Assembly: GCA_944324445.1 (NCBI GenBank)
Contig: CALUWL010000002.1
Span: 7,868 to 71,867 of the forward strand
DNA: 64,000 nt
Reading direction: 5' to 3'
Origin: Candidatus Gastranaerophilales bacterium
GTDB taxonomy: Bacteria; Cyanobacteriota; Vampirovibrionia; Gastranaerophilales; Gastranaerophilaceae
The notes beneath the pieces were generated by a model that had not been told where the DNA came from, did no database searches, and saw only the letters and a program-made list of their open reading frames with translations. The position numbers were made by a program, and so were the translations under genes. Below, piece by piece: positions 18,617-28,075 of this stretch (the first letter of the stretch is position 1; each line of letters starts with the position of its first letter).

Positions 18617-19807
18617 ATGACTATGTTTGAAAAATATTTTTCCAAAAGAATCAAAGCAACGCCTTCATCATTCATCAGAGAAATTTTAAAAGTAACACAA
18701 AGACCCGAAATAATTTCTTTTGCAGGCGGACTTCCAAACCCTATTTCTTTTCCTCAAGAAGAACTTAAGATTTCAATGAACAGAATTGCAGAAAAATTCG
18801 GCGCAAAAATTTATCAATATTCTACAACGCTGGGGCTTGATTCTCTAAGAGAATATATAGTCCAAAGATACAAAAAAATCTGGAATATGGATATAACAGT
18901 AGATAACGTTATAATCACAACAGGTTCGCAACAAGCACTTGATCTTATCGGAAAAGTTTTTATAAATGAAGGCGACAAAGTAATGGTTGAAAGCCCTTCG
19001 TATTTAGGACTTTTGCAAGCTTTTCATTTATATGAAGCTGATTTTATTCAAACAAAATTAAATGATGACGGATTAGATATTGAAGAACTTGAAAAAACAA
19101 TTAAAGTTCATAAACCTAAACTTGCATATTTAATCCCAAACTTCCAAAACCCAACAGGTTTAACATATACTTCAGAAAACAGAAAAAAAGTCTTTGAAGT
19201 AATAAAAGACGAAGATATGATTTTAATTCAAGATGACCCTTACGGAGAATTAAGATTTACCGATGAAGATAGAATTCCATATATCGGCTTAAATCAAACC
19301 GAAAAAAATATTTATCTGGGTTCATTTTCAAAAATCGTAACCCCCGGAATGCGTCTTGGATATGTAATTGCAAACAAAGAAATAATCAAAATGCTTGAAA
19401 CTGCAAAACAAGCTTCTGATTTGCATTCAAACATATTCGGTCAATATTTAATTTCCGATTATTTATATAATAATGACCTTGATAAACACATTGAAAAAAT
19501 CAAAAAATTATATAAAACCCAAGCAAATGCTATGATTGAGGCAATGAAAAAATATTTCCCAAAAAATGTTAAGTTCACAATCCCGAAAGGCGGAATGTTT
19601 AGCTGGGTTACTTTAGAAGAAGGAAAATCCTCAGCAGAACTTTTTAATAAAGCAATCAAAAAAAATGTTGCTTTTGTTCCGGGAAACCCTTTCTATGTTG
19701 ATGCTACAAAGGATGTTAACACTCTAAGATTAAACTACACAAATGCCGATGAAAAAACAATAGAAGAAGGTATTAAACGCTTAAGCGAAGCTCTTTTAGA
19801 AATATAA
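18617..19807 (+). CDS. PLP-dependent aminotransferase, class I/II (ARO8/LysN-like)
   Basis: TPSSFIREILKV...ISFAGGLPNP and the PLP-lysine context GSFSKIVTPGMRLGY. Confidence 0.8.
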   Translation: MTMFEKYFSKRIKATPSSFIREILKVTQRPEIISFAGGLPNPISFPQEELKISMNRIAEKFGAKIYQYSTTLGLDSLREYIVQRYKKIWNMDITVDNVIITTGSQQALDLIGKVFINEGDKVMVESPSYLGLLQAFHLYEADFIQTKLNDDGLDIEELEKTIKVHKPKLAYLIPNFQNPTGLTYTSENRKKVFEVIKDEDMILIQDDPYGELRFTDEDRIPYIGLNQTEKNIYLGSFSKIVTPGMRLGYVIANKEIIKMLETAKQASDLHSNIFGQYLISDYLYNNDLDKHIEKIKKLYKTQANAMIEAMKKYFPKNVKFTIPKGGMFSWVTLEEGKSSAELFNKAIKKNVAFVPGNPFYVDATKDVNTLRLNYTNADEKTIEEGIKRLSEALLEI

Positions 19808-19902
19808 ATTGTAAATTTTTGTTAAAATAAATCTGCAATATACCAAATATTCCTTAAATAAATACTTTATATATACATCAAGAGATTTTAAGGAGTAAAA
19901 AT

Positions 19903-19977
19903 ATGAAAATTATCAGATTTATTACAGACGTTATTTCAATTGTTAATGAATATGACAAAAAATATCGCACAATTTAA
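19903..19977 (+). CDS. Candidate 24-aa microprotein (MKIIRFITDVISIVNEYDKKYRTI)
   Basis: Not in the ORF track because it is too short. TAAGGAG lies 7 nt upstream of the ATG, and the stop TAA is at 19975-19977. It ends 41 nt before the SD-less start of the 643-aa gene. Confidence 0.35.
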   Translation: MKIIRFITDVISIVNEYDKKYRTI

Positions 19978-20018
19978 AAATTTAGCAACTTTTATTTCGA
20001 TAATGTTTTTTTATTAGT

Positions 20019-21950
20019 ATGAATACCATTAATTTTACAAATAATATACAGTCAAATTCTCTTTCAAGCGAGGTCAACAAAAGACTCGAAAATAAAGAGA
20101 ATTTTACTGCTATTAATAAAGAACAATTAAAACAAGATGTGGCAGAGTTTCAAGAAAAAGCTCAAGACCACGCTAAAGAAAATTTTATTTCGCAAACTTT
20201 AAAAAATATTGCTCCAAAAGATGTTAAAAAGTTTGCTATTTCACTGACTGCAACTCTTGCAACTGTTGTAGGGCTTGCTATTCTCGGAAACAAATCGTCA
20301 AATAAAATGGCGCAATTAGGGCTTCAACTTGATGATTTTCTTCTAAATCAAAAATGGTATCAATCTATATCCGGTTTCTTTAAAAAAGGAAAAGACGGCA
20401 TTGTAAAAACTTTAAGAAAATCAAAAACAATTGATAATATAATGGACACCTTTAAAAATCGTCCCGCAAAAGCAAAATGCGACTTTTCAAGAGGCTATGG
20501 ACGCGGTTTTGTAAGCATTTTCAGTTTAACTCCCGTTGATATTCTAAAAAAAGCATTTGCCAATATGGATGAAAGTAAACAACTTGAATCTTTAAAAAAA
20601 CTTGTAGGTGATAAAAAAGCAAGCATTTTTTCAGAATTCCTTCAAGGTAAATCAAAAACTATTTTAGATAACAAAGATTTTTGTACAAAACTAACAGAAG
20701 CAATTAAAGAAAATTTTAACTTAAAAAGTAATGCTGACCTTTTAAATTTCTTTAAAGCGCTTCAAAACGGCAAATATCAAAATACAGATTTTAGTGAACT
20801 AATAAATGTCAATATGACAGAAAAAGGGCTTGGAAGCCTTGCGGGCGCTTGGTGGCCTGTTAATATAATTGATTCTATCGGAAGCAAGATATCTAAAGGA
20901 AAATGGAAAAATATCGGCAGAGGCAACCTCGGCGATTCAATGATTAAATTTAATGTTGTAAACGGTTCACTTGCAAAAACCGCTCCTGCTAAATTATTAC
21001 AACAAGCAATCACTATTCCAACCGAATCAATTTCAAACTTTGTAAACGATAAATCAGGCATGGGTGCATTTTTATGTATACCTATAATGTCTTTATATAA
21101 CAACGTTCAAGATGCCCCAAAAGAAAAAAGAGCAGCAACAATTGCAGATGATTACGTAGGCACAATGGGAAATATTGCAATCTCAACTCCTCTAGCTTAT
21201 GGTGCCACTTATGCTCTTGCAAGTTTAAAAAATCTCAACAACAAACAAGGATTCCTTGCTAAACCATTAAAGCTAATAGGCGAATTTTTTGGTATGGGTC
21301 TTGATAGATATAAAGACGGTGTTCTCAAAACAGTCGAAAAAAGTTGGCGTAATGTCATTCCAAGATACTTAGGCGGCGCTTTAAGATTTGGTCTTATTAT
21401 GTTTGCTTTTTCACCATTTTTCTCTAAGCCCATTAAAAGTGCTATAAATAAAATCTTTGGAAAACCTTATGATGCAAATGAAGCAGCAAAAGAAAAACAA
21501 CTTCAAGAGCAAAGAAATACAGTTATACCTGAACTTGGAATAACACAGGGGGAACTTAATGATAAAATTGAAGCAAACCCTGATGCAGTAGCCAAACTTC
21601 AAAAAGATCCAATGCTATTAAGAGAAATTCAAAAAGATCCTAAGAAAATCTTAGATATATTAGACGGAAAAGAAATTCAAACCAAACCAAAGGATAAACT
21701 TTTAAGCCCTGCTAATTTAAATCTAACAAAAAACACAAACAATAAAAGGGAACTCTTTAACGATAAGCAACAAGTACAACAAGAACAACAAGTACAATCA
21801 GAAGAATACAAAATAAAAGATACTGCAACATATATTCCATCAAGCGAATTTACGGTTAAACCGACATTAAATGATATTCAAATTCAAGAATACCAAAGAC
21901 TAATGAATGATTCCGATAAAATTCTAAAAAAAGCTGAAAAATATATTTAA
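20019..21950 (+). CDS. Hypothetical lysine-rich membrane protein, distant paralog of 39525..40698
   Basis: 643 aa with several hydrophobic segments. It shares the motif IP[IV]...D..EK[KR].A....[DE][FY] and the C-terminal helix ...P...SKPIKSAINKIF with the two ORFs at 39.5-40.7 kb. Confidence 0.55.
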   Translation: MNTINFTNNIQSNSLSSEVNKRLENKENFTAINKEQLKQDVAEFQEKAQDHAKENFISQTLKNIAPKDVKKFAISLTATLATVVGLAILGNKSSNKMAQLGLQLDDFLLNQKWYQSISGFFKKGKDGIVKTLRKSKTIDNIMDTFKNRPAKAKCDFSRGYGRGFVSIFSLTPVDILKKAFANMDESKQLESLKKLVGDKKASIFSEFLQGKSKTILDNKDFCTKLTEAIKENFNLKSNADLLNFFKALQNGKYQNTDFSELINVNMTEKGLGSLAGAWWPVNIIDSIGSKISKGKWKNIGRGNLGDSMIKFNVVNGSLAKTAPAKLLQQAITIPTESISNFVNDKSGMGAFLCIPIMSLYNNVQDAPKEKRAATIADDYVGTMGNIAISTPLAYGATYALASLKNLNNKQGFLAKPLKLIGEFFGMGLDRYKDGVLKTVEKSWRNVIPRYLGGALRFGLIMFAFSPFFSKPIKSAINKIFGKPYDANEAAKEKQLQEQRNTVIPELGITQGELNDKIEANPDAVAKLQKDPMLLREIQKDPKKILDILDGKEIQTKPKDKLLSPANLNLTKNTNNKRELFNDKQQVQQEQQVQSEEYKIKDTATYIPSSEFTVKPTLNDIQIQEYQRLMNDSDKILKKAEKYI

Positions 21951-22510
21951 AAACCGTATATCTTTTTTACCGTTTCAATGTCTTTTTTAGATACGGTGCT
22001 TAATCTTGGGGTAGCTGTTGAATAATACATTATGTCATTAACATTATCGCTATGCCCTAATATTCCGATTGCATGCCCTATTTCATGTAAGGTTATTTTA
22101 TTTAACTGAACATCAGTATATTTAAATCCAATCGGACTGCTTTTTGAAATTGAGATTTCTGCTTTAGCTAGATAAATCTTTCCTTGGATTTTTGTATGTG
22201 CTGTTTTTGTAATACCTGCTTCACTGCCATTTAATTTATCAACATATTTTATAACTATATCAGCTTCATCAGCTGAATTTACATATTTAAAATTCAAATT
22301 GCTTCCAAGAGCATCATCCCAAATTTTAAAACTTCTTGTAAAAATATAACCTTTTAGTTCATCAGGTGTTATATACACCTTAATATTCTTTGGATTTATC
22401 CAAACAGCAGGAATTTTAACATCATCATAATAAGTCCTAAAATCTTCTCTTGCAATAGCACAAGAAAATAAAGAAAAATAAATTAAAGCTATGCTAATTA
22501 AATACTTCAT
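21947..22510 (-). CDS. Secreted matrixin-like zinc metalloprotease (metzincin)
   Basis: HEIGHAIGILGH (HExxHxxGxxH) followed by a Met-turn candidate DIMY. An N-terminal signal/lipobox-like sequence LFSCAIA. Confidence 0.75.
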   Translation of the reverse strand: MKYLISIALIYFSLFSCAIAREDFRTYYDDVKIPAVWINPKNIKVYITPDELKGYIFTRSFKIWDDALGSNLNFKYVNSADEADIVIKYVDKLNGSEAGITKTAHTKIQGKIYLAKAEISISKSSPIGFKYTDVQLNKITLHEIGHAIGILGHSDNVNDIMYYSTATPRLSTVSKKDIETVKKIYGF

Positions 22511-22516
22511 AAAAAA

Positions 22517-23872
22517 TTATATTTTAGCACCCGTTGTTTTATAAAGACTTATTTTATCAATATAGCAATCTGTTTTAGATTTAGCAAGTAATTTCTGCAT
22601 ATAAAGCAGGTTTTCTCTTTGCTGCAACAATTCAAGCTTTGAAATTACCCCTGTTTTATATTTTGATTGAGCATAGTTATAATCACGATTTTGAATGTCA
22701 TAAGCTTTAATATTGTTTAATAATTTTTCATTATCGGATTTTAAATTATACAAAGAATCATTTACCTCTTGAATTGCAGTTAAATTCGTTTTTTCATAAC
22801 TTTGAAGCAGTTGTTCGTATTTATTTTTATTTAATTTTAAATTAGCAACTCTGACAAACCCTGTAAATAAAGGCAAATCAGCGCTTGCCCCCAATAAAGA
22901 CAAGCTGTTTTTCCAACTCATAGACCCCATTGAAGATGAAGCTATAAAAGTTAAAAGCCCCAAAATATTTATCGTAGGTAAAAACTCTTTCTTTGCAACT
23001 CGAATGTCAATTCCTGCAGCTTCAAGCTGCTTTTCAAGTGCTTTATAGTCGGGTCTGTTTATTATAATTTCAGATGATATTTCATCAGGAATTTCGAAAT
23101 CAATTCCCAGTTCATCCAACGAACTTCTTTGATATTCTTTAGTATTATTTGGACTGTCGCCAATCAAAACAGCTAAAGCGTTAAGTGCATTTTGTCTTGT
23201 TTTTTTGTAATCCAATAAATCATTTTGTGCAAGCACAAAAGCTTTTTCAGCCAAAATAAGGTCAGAAGTCGAAACTATACCTTCTTCATTGGATAATTTC
23301 ATTAGTTTATATATTTCTTCTCTATCTTTAACAAGCTTTTCCTGAATTTCAATCGTTTTATCAAGATTAACAATATTATAATAGGTTGTAGCAACCATTG
23401 AAACAATTGCTATATCAGAGCTTTGCGCCTGATAAATTGTTCCTTCAAGAGCTTTTTTAGAAGATTTTGTTTTATCCCAATTTTTTCCGAATAAATCAAG
23501 CTCATAACTTGCCATAATTGGAAGTGCTACAGAGCCATCTGTTTTAGTTGTATTTGGCATTTTTAATAACAAAGGAGAAACACCGGCGCTCAATGTGGGC
23601 AATTGTCCTGCTCTTGTTGCCATAACGTTTAATTTTGCCTGTTCAATTTTAAGAGCTGCAGTTTTTATGTCGTTATTATTATTTATTGCAGTTACAATAT
23701 ATTTTTCTAAATGCGGATCATCAAGCTTTTTCCACCAATCAAAATTAATGTAATCTAATATAGTGGTTGCCGGCATTTTTTTAGATTTAGTTTCCAAAAT
23801 TGCATAACTTGGATTTATAACAAAACAAAAAACAAATGTTGTTAATAAAACTAGTGCTGATAGCTTTTTCAT
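22517..23872 (-). CDS. TolC/NodT-family outer-membrane efflux protein
   Basis: Signal peptide, 451 aa and a two-repeat coiled alpha-helical pattern. It sits divergent from the MarR-EmrA-EmrB genes. GAGGAAAG RBS. Confidence 0.8.
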   Translation of the reverse strand: MKKLSALVLLTTFVFCFVINPSYAILETKSKKMPATTILDYINFDWWKKLDDPHLEKYIVTAINNNNDIKTAALKIEQAKLNVMATRAGQLPTLSAGVSPLLLKMPNTTKTDGSVALPIMASYELDLFGKNWDKTKSSKKALEGTIYQAQSSDIAIVSMVATTYYNIVNLDKTIEIQEKLVKDREEIYKLMKLSNEEGIVSTSDLILAEKAFVLAQNDLLDYKKTRQNALNALAVLIGDSPNNTKEYQRSSLDELGIDFEIPDEISSEIIINRPDYKALEKQLEAAGIDIRVAKKEFLPTINILGLLTFIASSSMGSMSWKNSLSLLGASADLPLFTGFVRVANLKLNKNKYEQLLQSYEKTNLTAIQEVNDSLYNLKSDNEKLLNNIKAYDIQNRDYNYAQSKYKTGVISKLELLQQRENLLYMQKLLAKSKTDCYIDKISLYKTTGAKI

Positions 23873-23923
23873 ACTTTCCTCAAAATTTTATTGCATTTTT
23901 TACAATGAAATGTTAGCATATTA

Positions 23924-23941
23924 ATGTTGCAAAAGCAACAT
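23924..23941. promoter_or_regulatory. Inverted repeat ATGTTGC-AAAA-GCAACAT, candidate MarR operator
   Basis: Perfect 7-bp arms in the 128-bp divergent region between tolC-like and marR. Additional ATGTT half-sites flank it. Confidence 0.4.
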
Positions 23942-24000
23942 GTTATTTATACAACATATTTAGGATTTACAAAAATTCTTTAACACCTATAAAGGAAGCT

Positions 24001-24456
24001 ATGAAAGTAAAGTACGAAGATTCAATTTTTTATCATATAAATTCATGCGCAAGATATTTCCATGTTGCTTTTGAACAATTCTTTAAAGAATTGGACTTAG
24101 GAGTTAACTCAATGGAACATCTGGCGTTATCTATAATTGCCGAAACAAAAAATTGCTGCCAAAGAGATTTAGCAAGAATTATTTTAAAAGATAGAGCAGG
24201 CACAGGCAAACTTGTTAATATTCTTGAAAACAAAGGCCTTATAACAATAGAACTTACTACGAAAAACAACAGACCCGCAAAAATCCTAACTCCAACCAAA
24301 AAAGGAATAGAAATAAACAACGAAGTAAGAAAAATATTAGAACCTTTATCAAAACAAATAAGAATTGATTTAAATGAAGAAACTTTAGATAAAACTTCTG
24401 AAACACTCAAACAATTAAAAAAAATTGTAGAAAAAATTATAAAAACAAACATATAG
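24001..24456 (+). CDS. MarR-family transcriptional regulator
   Basis: 151 aa with a winged-HTH pattern (QRDLARIILKDRAGTGKLVNILENKGLI). AAGGAAG RBS. Confidence 0.85.
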   Translation: MKVKYEDSIFYHINSCARYFHVAFEQFFKELDLGVNSMEHLALSIIAETKNCCQRDLARIILKDRAGTGKLVNILENKGLITIELTTKNNRPAKILTPTKKGIEINNEVRKILEPLSKQIRIDLNEETLDKTSETLKQLKKIVEKIIKTNI

Positions 24457-24466
24457 GAGATTTTTT

Positions 24467-25450
24467 ATGACTGAAGCAGAACAAACACAAGAAACAGAAC
24501 ATAAAAGAATTAAAAAAAGAAAATTTCTTGTACCGATTGCAATTGTTGCAGCGCTTTTAACAGGTATATACTTATTCCATGAAAGCCATTTTCAATCAAC
24601 AGATGATGCTTATGTTGAAGCAGATATAATTCAAGTTACACCTAAAGTTTCCGGTCATATAGTAGAAAGCTATATAACAGATAACATGCATGTAAAAGAA
24701 GGTGATCTTGTAGCAAAAATTGATGATGAAATTTATAAAGCAAAGTATGAACAGGCAAAAGCAAACTATGAAAGAGCGCTTTTAAATCAAAAAAACGCTA
24801 AAGCAACTTTAAAATCAGTTGACTCTCAAATTAAACTTGCAAAAACAGATTTAGAAAGATACAAAGCACTATACAAGGAAGGTGCTGTATCAAAACAAAC
24901 ACTGGACAAAGCCCAAACTAACTACGATAACGTGCTTGCAAGTCAAACAAGAGCAAAAGAAGACATTTTTTCAAAAGGCGAAAATGTTGCAGATGCAGAT
25001 TTAAAGGCGCTAAAAGCAATTTTAGATCAGGCAAGATTAAATCTTGAATATACAAACGTAATTGCACCAAATACAGGTGTTGTTACAAACAGAAGAATTG
25101 AAAAAGGAAGTTTTGTTTCAGCAGGCGGGCCATTATTCGCGCTTGTTCCCGATAAAATCTGGATTGTAGCAAATTTTAAAGAAAATCAAGTCGGTCAAAT
25201 GCGCCCAGGACAAGAAGTTTCGATTAAAATTGATGCTTATCCTCATATAAAATTCAAAGGAAAAATTGACTCAATTCAAAGAGCATCAGGTGCTAAATCA
25301 AGCCTATTCCCACCTGAAAATGCTGTTGGTTCATTTGTTAAAATTGTCCAAAGAATACCTGTTAAAATCGTATTCGATGAGCCCATTGATTCAACTAAAT
25401 ATAACATAGTTTCAGGTATGAGCGTTGTTCCAAAGGTGAAAGTAAAATAA
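24467..25450 (+). CDS. HlyD/EmrA-family periplasmic adaptor
   Basis: An N-terminal anchor, a coiled-coil region and a beta-barrel segment (VIAPNTGVVTNRRIEKGSFV). It lies immediately upstream of the EmrB-like MFS gene. Confidence 0.85.
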   Translation: MTEAEQTQETEHKRIKKRKFLVPIAIVAALLTGIYLFHESHFQSTDDAYVEADIIQVTPKVSGHIVESYITDNMHVKEGDLVAKIDDEIYKAKYEQAKANYERALLNQKNAKATLKSVDSQIKLAKTDLERYKALYKEGAVSKQTLDKAQTNYDNVLASQTRAKEDIFSKGENVADADLKALKAILDQARLNLEYTNVIAPNTGVVTNRRIEKGSFVSAGGPLFALVPDKIWIVANFKENQVGQMRPGQEVSIKIDAYPHIKFKGKIDSIQRASGAKSSLFPPENAVGSFVKIVQRIPVKIVFDEPIDSTKYNIVSGMSVVPKVKVK

Positions 25451-25451
25451 A

Positions 25452-27011
25452 ATGACAAACGAAGCAAATGAAAATAACTGGAAACCTACAAAAAATCCTT
25501 GGATAACCTGTATTCCTTTAATGGTAGCAGCTTTTATGTTTGTATTGGACGAAACCATTGCAAACGTAGCTCTGCCATATATGGCAGGAAGCTTCAGCGT
25601 GTCAAGACAAGAAAGTACTTGGATTTTGACGAGTTATTTAATTGCTTCAGGTATCGTTATTCCTTCTGTTGATTTTTTCAGTAAATTACTCGGCAGAAAA
25701 AACTTTTTTATTTTAAGTATAATAATTTTTACCGTTTCATCTTTCTTATGCGGAATTGCAACCTCGCTTCCTATGATGGTAATTACAAGAATATTGCAAG
25801 GTTTTGGAGGCGGAGCGCTCTTACCTTTAGCTCAAGCAATGAACTTGGAATTATTCCCTCTTGAAAAAAGAGCTCAATCTATGGCAATGTTTGGTCTTGT
25901 TGTAGTAATAGCACCAATTATAGGGCCTGTTCTAGGAGGATGGATTACTACAAACTGGTCTTGGCCTTTTATTTATTTTATCAACATACCTGTCGGAATT
26001 CTAGCCGTTTATCTTGCAAAAGAATGCATAGAAGACCCGCCATACGCAAGAAAACAAGACAACGTTTCAATAGACGGACTCGGTTTTTTTATGTTAATAG
26101 GCTGGCTCACTTGCATGCAAATTGTACTAGATAAAGGTAACGACGCAGATTGGTTCGGCTCAACTTGGGTATGCTGGATGACATTTTTTGCAGTTGTATT
26201 TGCAATTTGGTTTTTCTATATTCAAGCAACCAAAAAAAATTCTCTTATAGATTTAAGAGTATTTAAAGACGGTAATTTTTTCTTTGGAACTTTAATGCAA
26301 ATAGTAATGCAAGGGGTGCTTTTAGCTTCACTTGCTATATTACCGCAATTTTTACAAGGACTGATGGGTTATGATGCTTATCTATCAGGACTTGCTATGA
26401 TGCCAAGAGGTATAGGAGCGCTATCTACAGTAATTTTCATTGGTACAATAGGAAGCAAAATCAACAATAAACTGCTTGTTACCATAGGTATGAGTCTTTT
26501 AAGTTTATCAGGTTTTATGTTATGCGAACTTAATCTGCAAATTTCAACCCTAAGTATTGCAATTCCTAACTTTATTATGGGTGTAGGTATGGCAATGTGT
26601 ATGATACCGATTATAACACTATCAACTATGACACTTACAAACGAACAAATGACAAATGCTTCAGGTGTTCAAAACCTCTTAAAAAATCTTGGCGGCGCTA
26701 TAGGTACTTCAATTGTTACAACGCTTATTTCAAGAAAAGCACAAGCTCATCAAAGTTTTCTTGTAGATAATCTTACTATGTTAAATGATAATTTTATAGA
26801 AAGATTAAATGCCTATAGTGGAACTTTTCAATCTATGACAGACCCAATTAGCGCAAACTATATGGCAAATACAATGCTATATAAACAAATGCTTCAACAA
26901 GCAAACATGGGAGCATTCAGAGATACTTTTGAAGTATGCGCTATAGCTTGTCTTGCAATAATTCCTCTAATTTTATTTATCAAAGGAATTAAAAAAGCTA
27001 AAAAAACTTAA
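25452..27011 (+). CDS. DHA2-family MFS efflux pump (EmrB-like)
   Basis: 14-TM-type hydrophobicity, VALPYMAGSF...SRQESTWILTSYL and RILQGFGGGAL motifs. Confidence 0.85.
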   Translation: MTNEANENNWKPTKNPWITCIPLMVAAFMFVLDETIANVALPYMAGSFSVSRQESTWILTSYLIASGIVIPSVDFFSKLLGRKNFFILSIIIFTVSSFLCGIATSLPMMVITRILQGFGGGALLPLAQAMNLELFPLEKRAQSMAMFGLVVVIAPIIGPVLGGWITTNWSWPFIYFINIPVGILAVYLAKECIEDPPYARKQDNVSIDGLGFFMLIGWLTCMQIVLDKGNDADWFGSTWVCWMTFFAVVFAIWFFYIQATKKNSLIDLRVFKDGNFFFGTLMQIVMQGVLLASLAILPQFLQGLMGYDAYLSGLAMMPRGIGALSTVIFIGTIGSKINNKLLVTIGMSLLSLSGFMLCELNLQISTLSIAIPNFIMGVGMAMCMIPIITLSTMTLTNEQMTNASGVQNLLKNLGGAIGTSIVTTLISRKAQAHQSFLVDNLTMLNDNFIERLNAYSGTFQSMTDPISANYMANTMLYKQMLQQANMGAFRDTFEVCAIACLAIIPLILFIKGIKKAKKT

Positions 27012-27016
27012 AAAGA

Positions 27017-27040
27017 AAGGCTATTTAATAAAATAGCCTT
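27017..27040. terminator. Hairpin between convergent emrB-like and methyltransferase genes
   Basis: AAGGCTATTT (27017-27026) pairs with AAATAGCCTT (27031-27040), with a 4-nt loop. Confidence 0.6.
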
Positions 27041-27060
27041 ATAATATTCTCATTTATTGC

Positions 27061-27954
27061 CTAAACTTTTTGCTTAACTTTTTTTAGTTTTGTTTTTTGA
27101 AAAATCATTATATACTCATGTTCAAAAATATTAAAGCCGCCCGATAATGCCCTATATCTCCATAGATTTGCAGTTTTACCTTTTGCTTTTTCGTTTCCTG
27201 TTATATTTTTTACAATAACAGCTTTAGTAACAAAACCAAGTTCTTCCATTCTTTTTTGACATTCAAAAGCAAGAGAAACATATCTGCTGTTTGCATATTT
27301 ATCGCCTATTATCAAAGCTGCAAAACGATTTTGTTCCAATAAATCATATCCGTTTTTTGCAACTTTTTTAAATAAATCGTAAAATTCTTCAGTAGTGGCA
27401 CAATTCGATAAGTCTTCTTTTTTATCCGAAAACTTAATTATATCATCATAAGGCGGATGCAAAATTAAAAATTGTGCGCTTTTTTCGCCCATAATTTCTA
27501 ATCTTGCTTTAATTTTTTCTTTTGCATCTAAAGAAGCACTATCACCTTGAATTATATTGACATCTACAACAAGTTCTTTTTTAGTAAATTTAGATGAAAC
27601 ATAATCCACCATATCTTGCTTTAATTCCACGCCGATACAGCGCCTTTGCATGTTTTTAGCTTCAATTCCGGTTGTTCCCGAACCGAAAAACAAGTCAAGA
27701 ACTATATCATTTTTCTTTGTATATCTTGTTAAAAGCTGCGTTGCAATCTGGGGAATATAGTTTCCATGGTAGTCATAACTATGTCCGCCGCTTTTTTCAC
27801 GAGAAGAAAACTCCCACCAAGTACCTGTTTTAACATTTTCATATAATTTCCAATTATTCAAATCAATATCGTTATAAGGTTTGGTTTTAATTGGTTTTAC
27901 AACCTCAAGGGCTGCTTTTTTTTCATTTAACTTCTTTTTTGAACTGATTGGCAT
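27061..27954 (-). CDS. Orphan (D/N/S/H)PPY-type nucleic-acid methyltransferase (N6-adenine/N4-cytosine class)
   Basis: SAM motif VLDLFFGSGTTGIEA comes first, followed about 75 aa later by LILHPPYDDII. The preferred start is ATG 27954 (MPISSKKK), which has a GGGGGA upstream. The ORF track start at 28005 adds 17 hydrophobic residues. Confidence 0.65.
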   Translation of the reverse strand: MPISSKKKLNEKKAALEVVKPIKTKPYNDIDLNNWKLYENVKTGTWWEFSSREKSGGHSYDYHGNYIPQIATQLLTRYTKKNDIVLDLFFGSGTTGIEAKNMQRRCIGVELKQDMVDYVSSKFTKKELVVDVNIIQGDSASLDAKEKIKARLEIMGEKSAQFLILHPPYDDIIKFSDKKEDLSNCATTEEFYDLFKKVAKNGYDLLEQNRFAALIIGDKYANSRYVSLAFECQKRMEELGFVTKAVIVKNITGNEKAKGKTANLWRYRALSGGFNIFEHEYIMIFQKTKLKKVKQKV

Positions 27955-28075
27955 AAATTCCCCCACAAGAGTCTTTGAATAAAGTATAATTAAAGTCAAA
28001 GACAATTAAATCAACCTTATACACTAAATATTTTTAATAAACGCAATTTTTTTTATTGAGCGGTTTTAACGAAGT

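Noticed and set aside
24033-24452. 139-aa minus-strand ORF mirroring marR
   Set aside because: It is almost coextensive and antisense with a canonical MarR gene. The hydrophobic F/I/L-rich translation is typical of antisense frames in AT-rich DNA.
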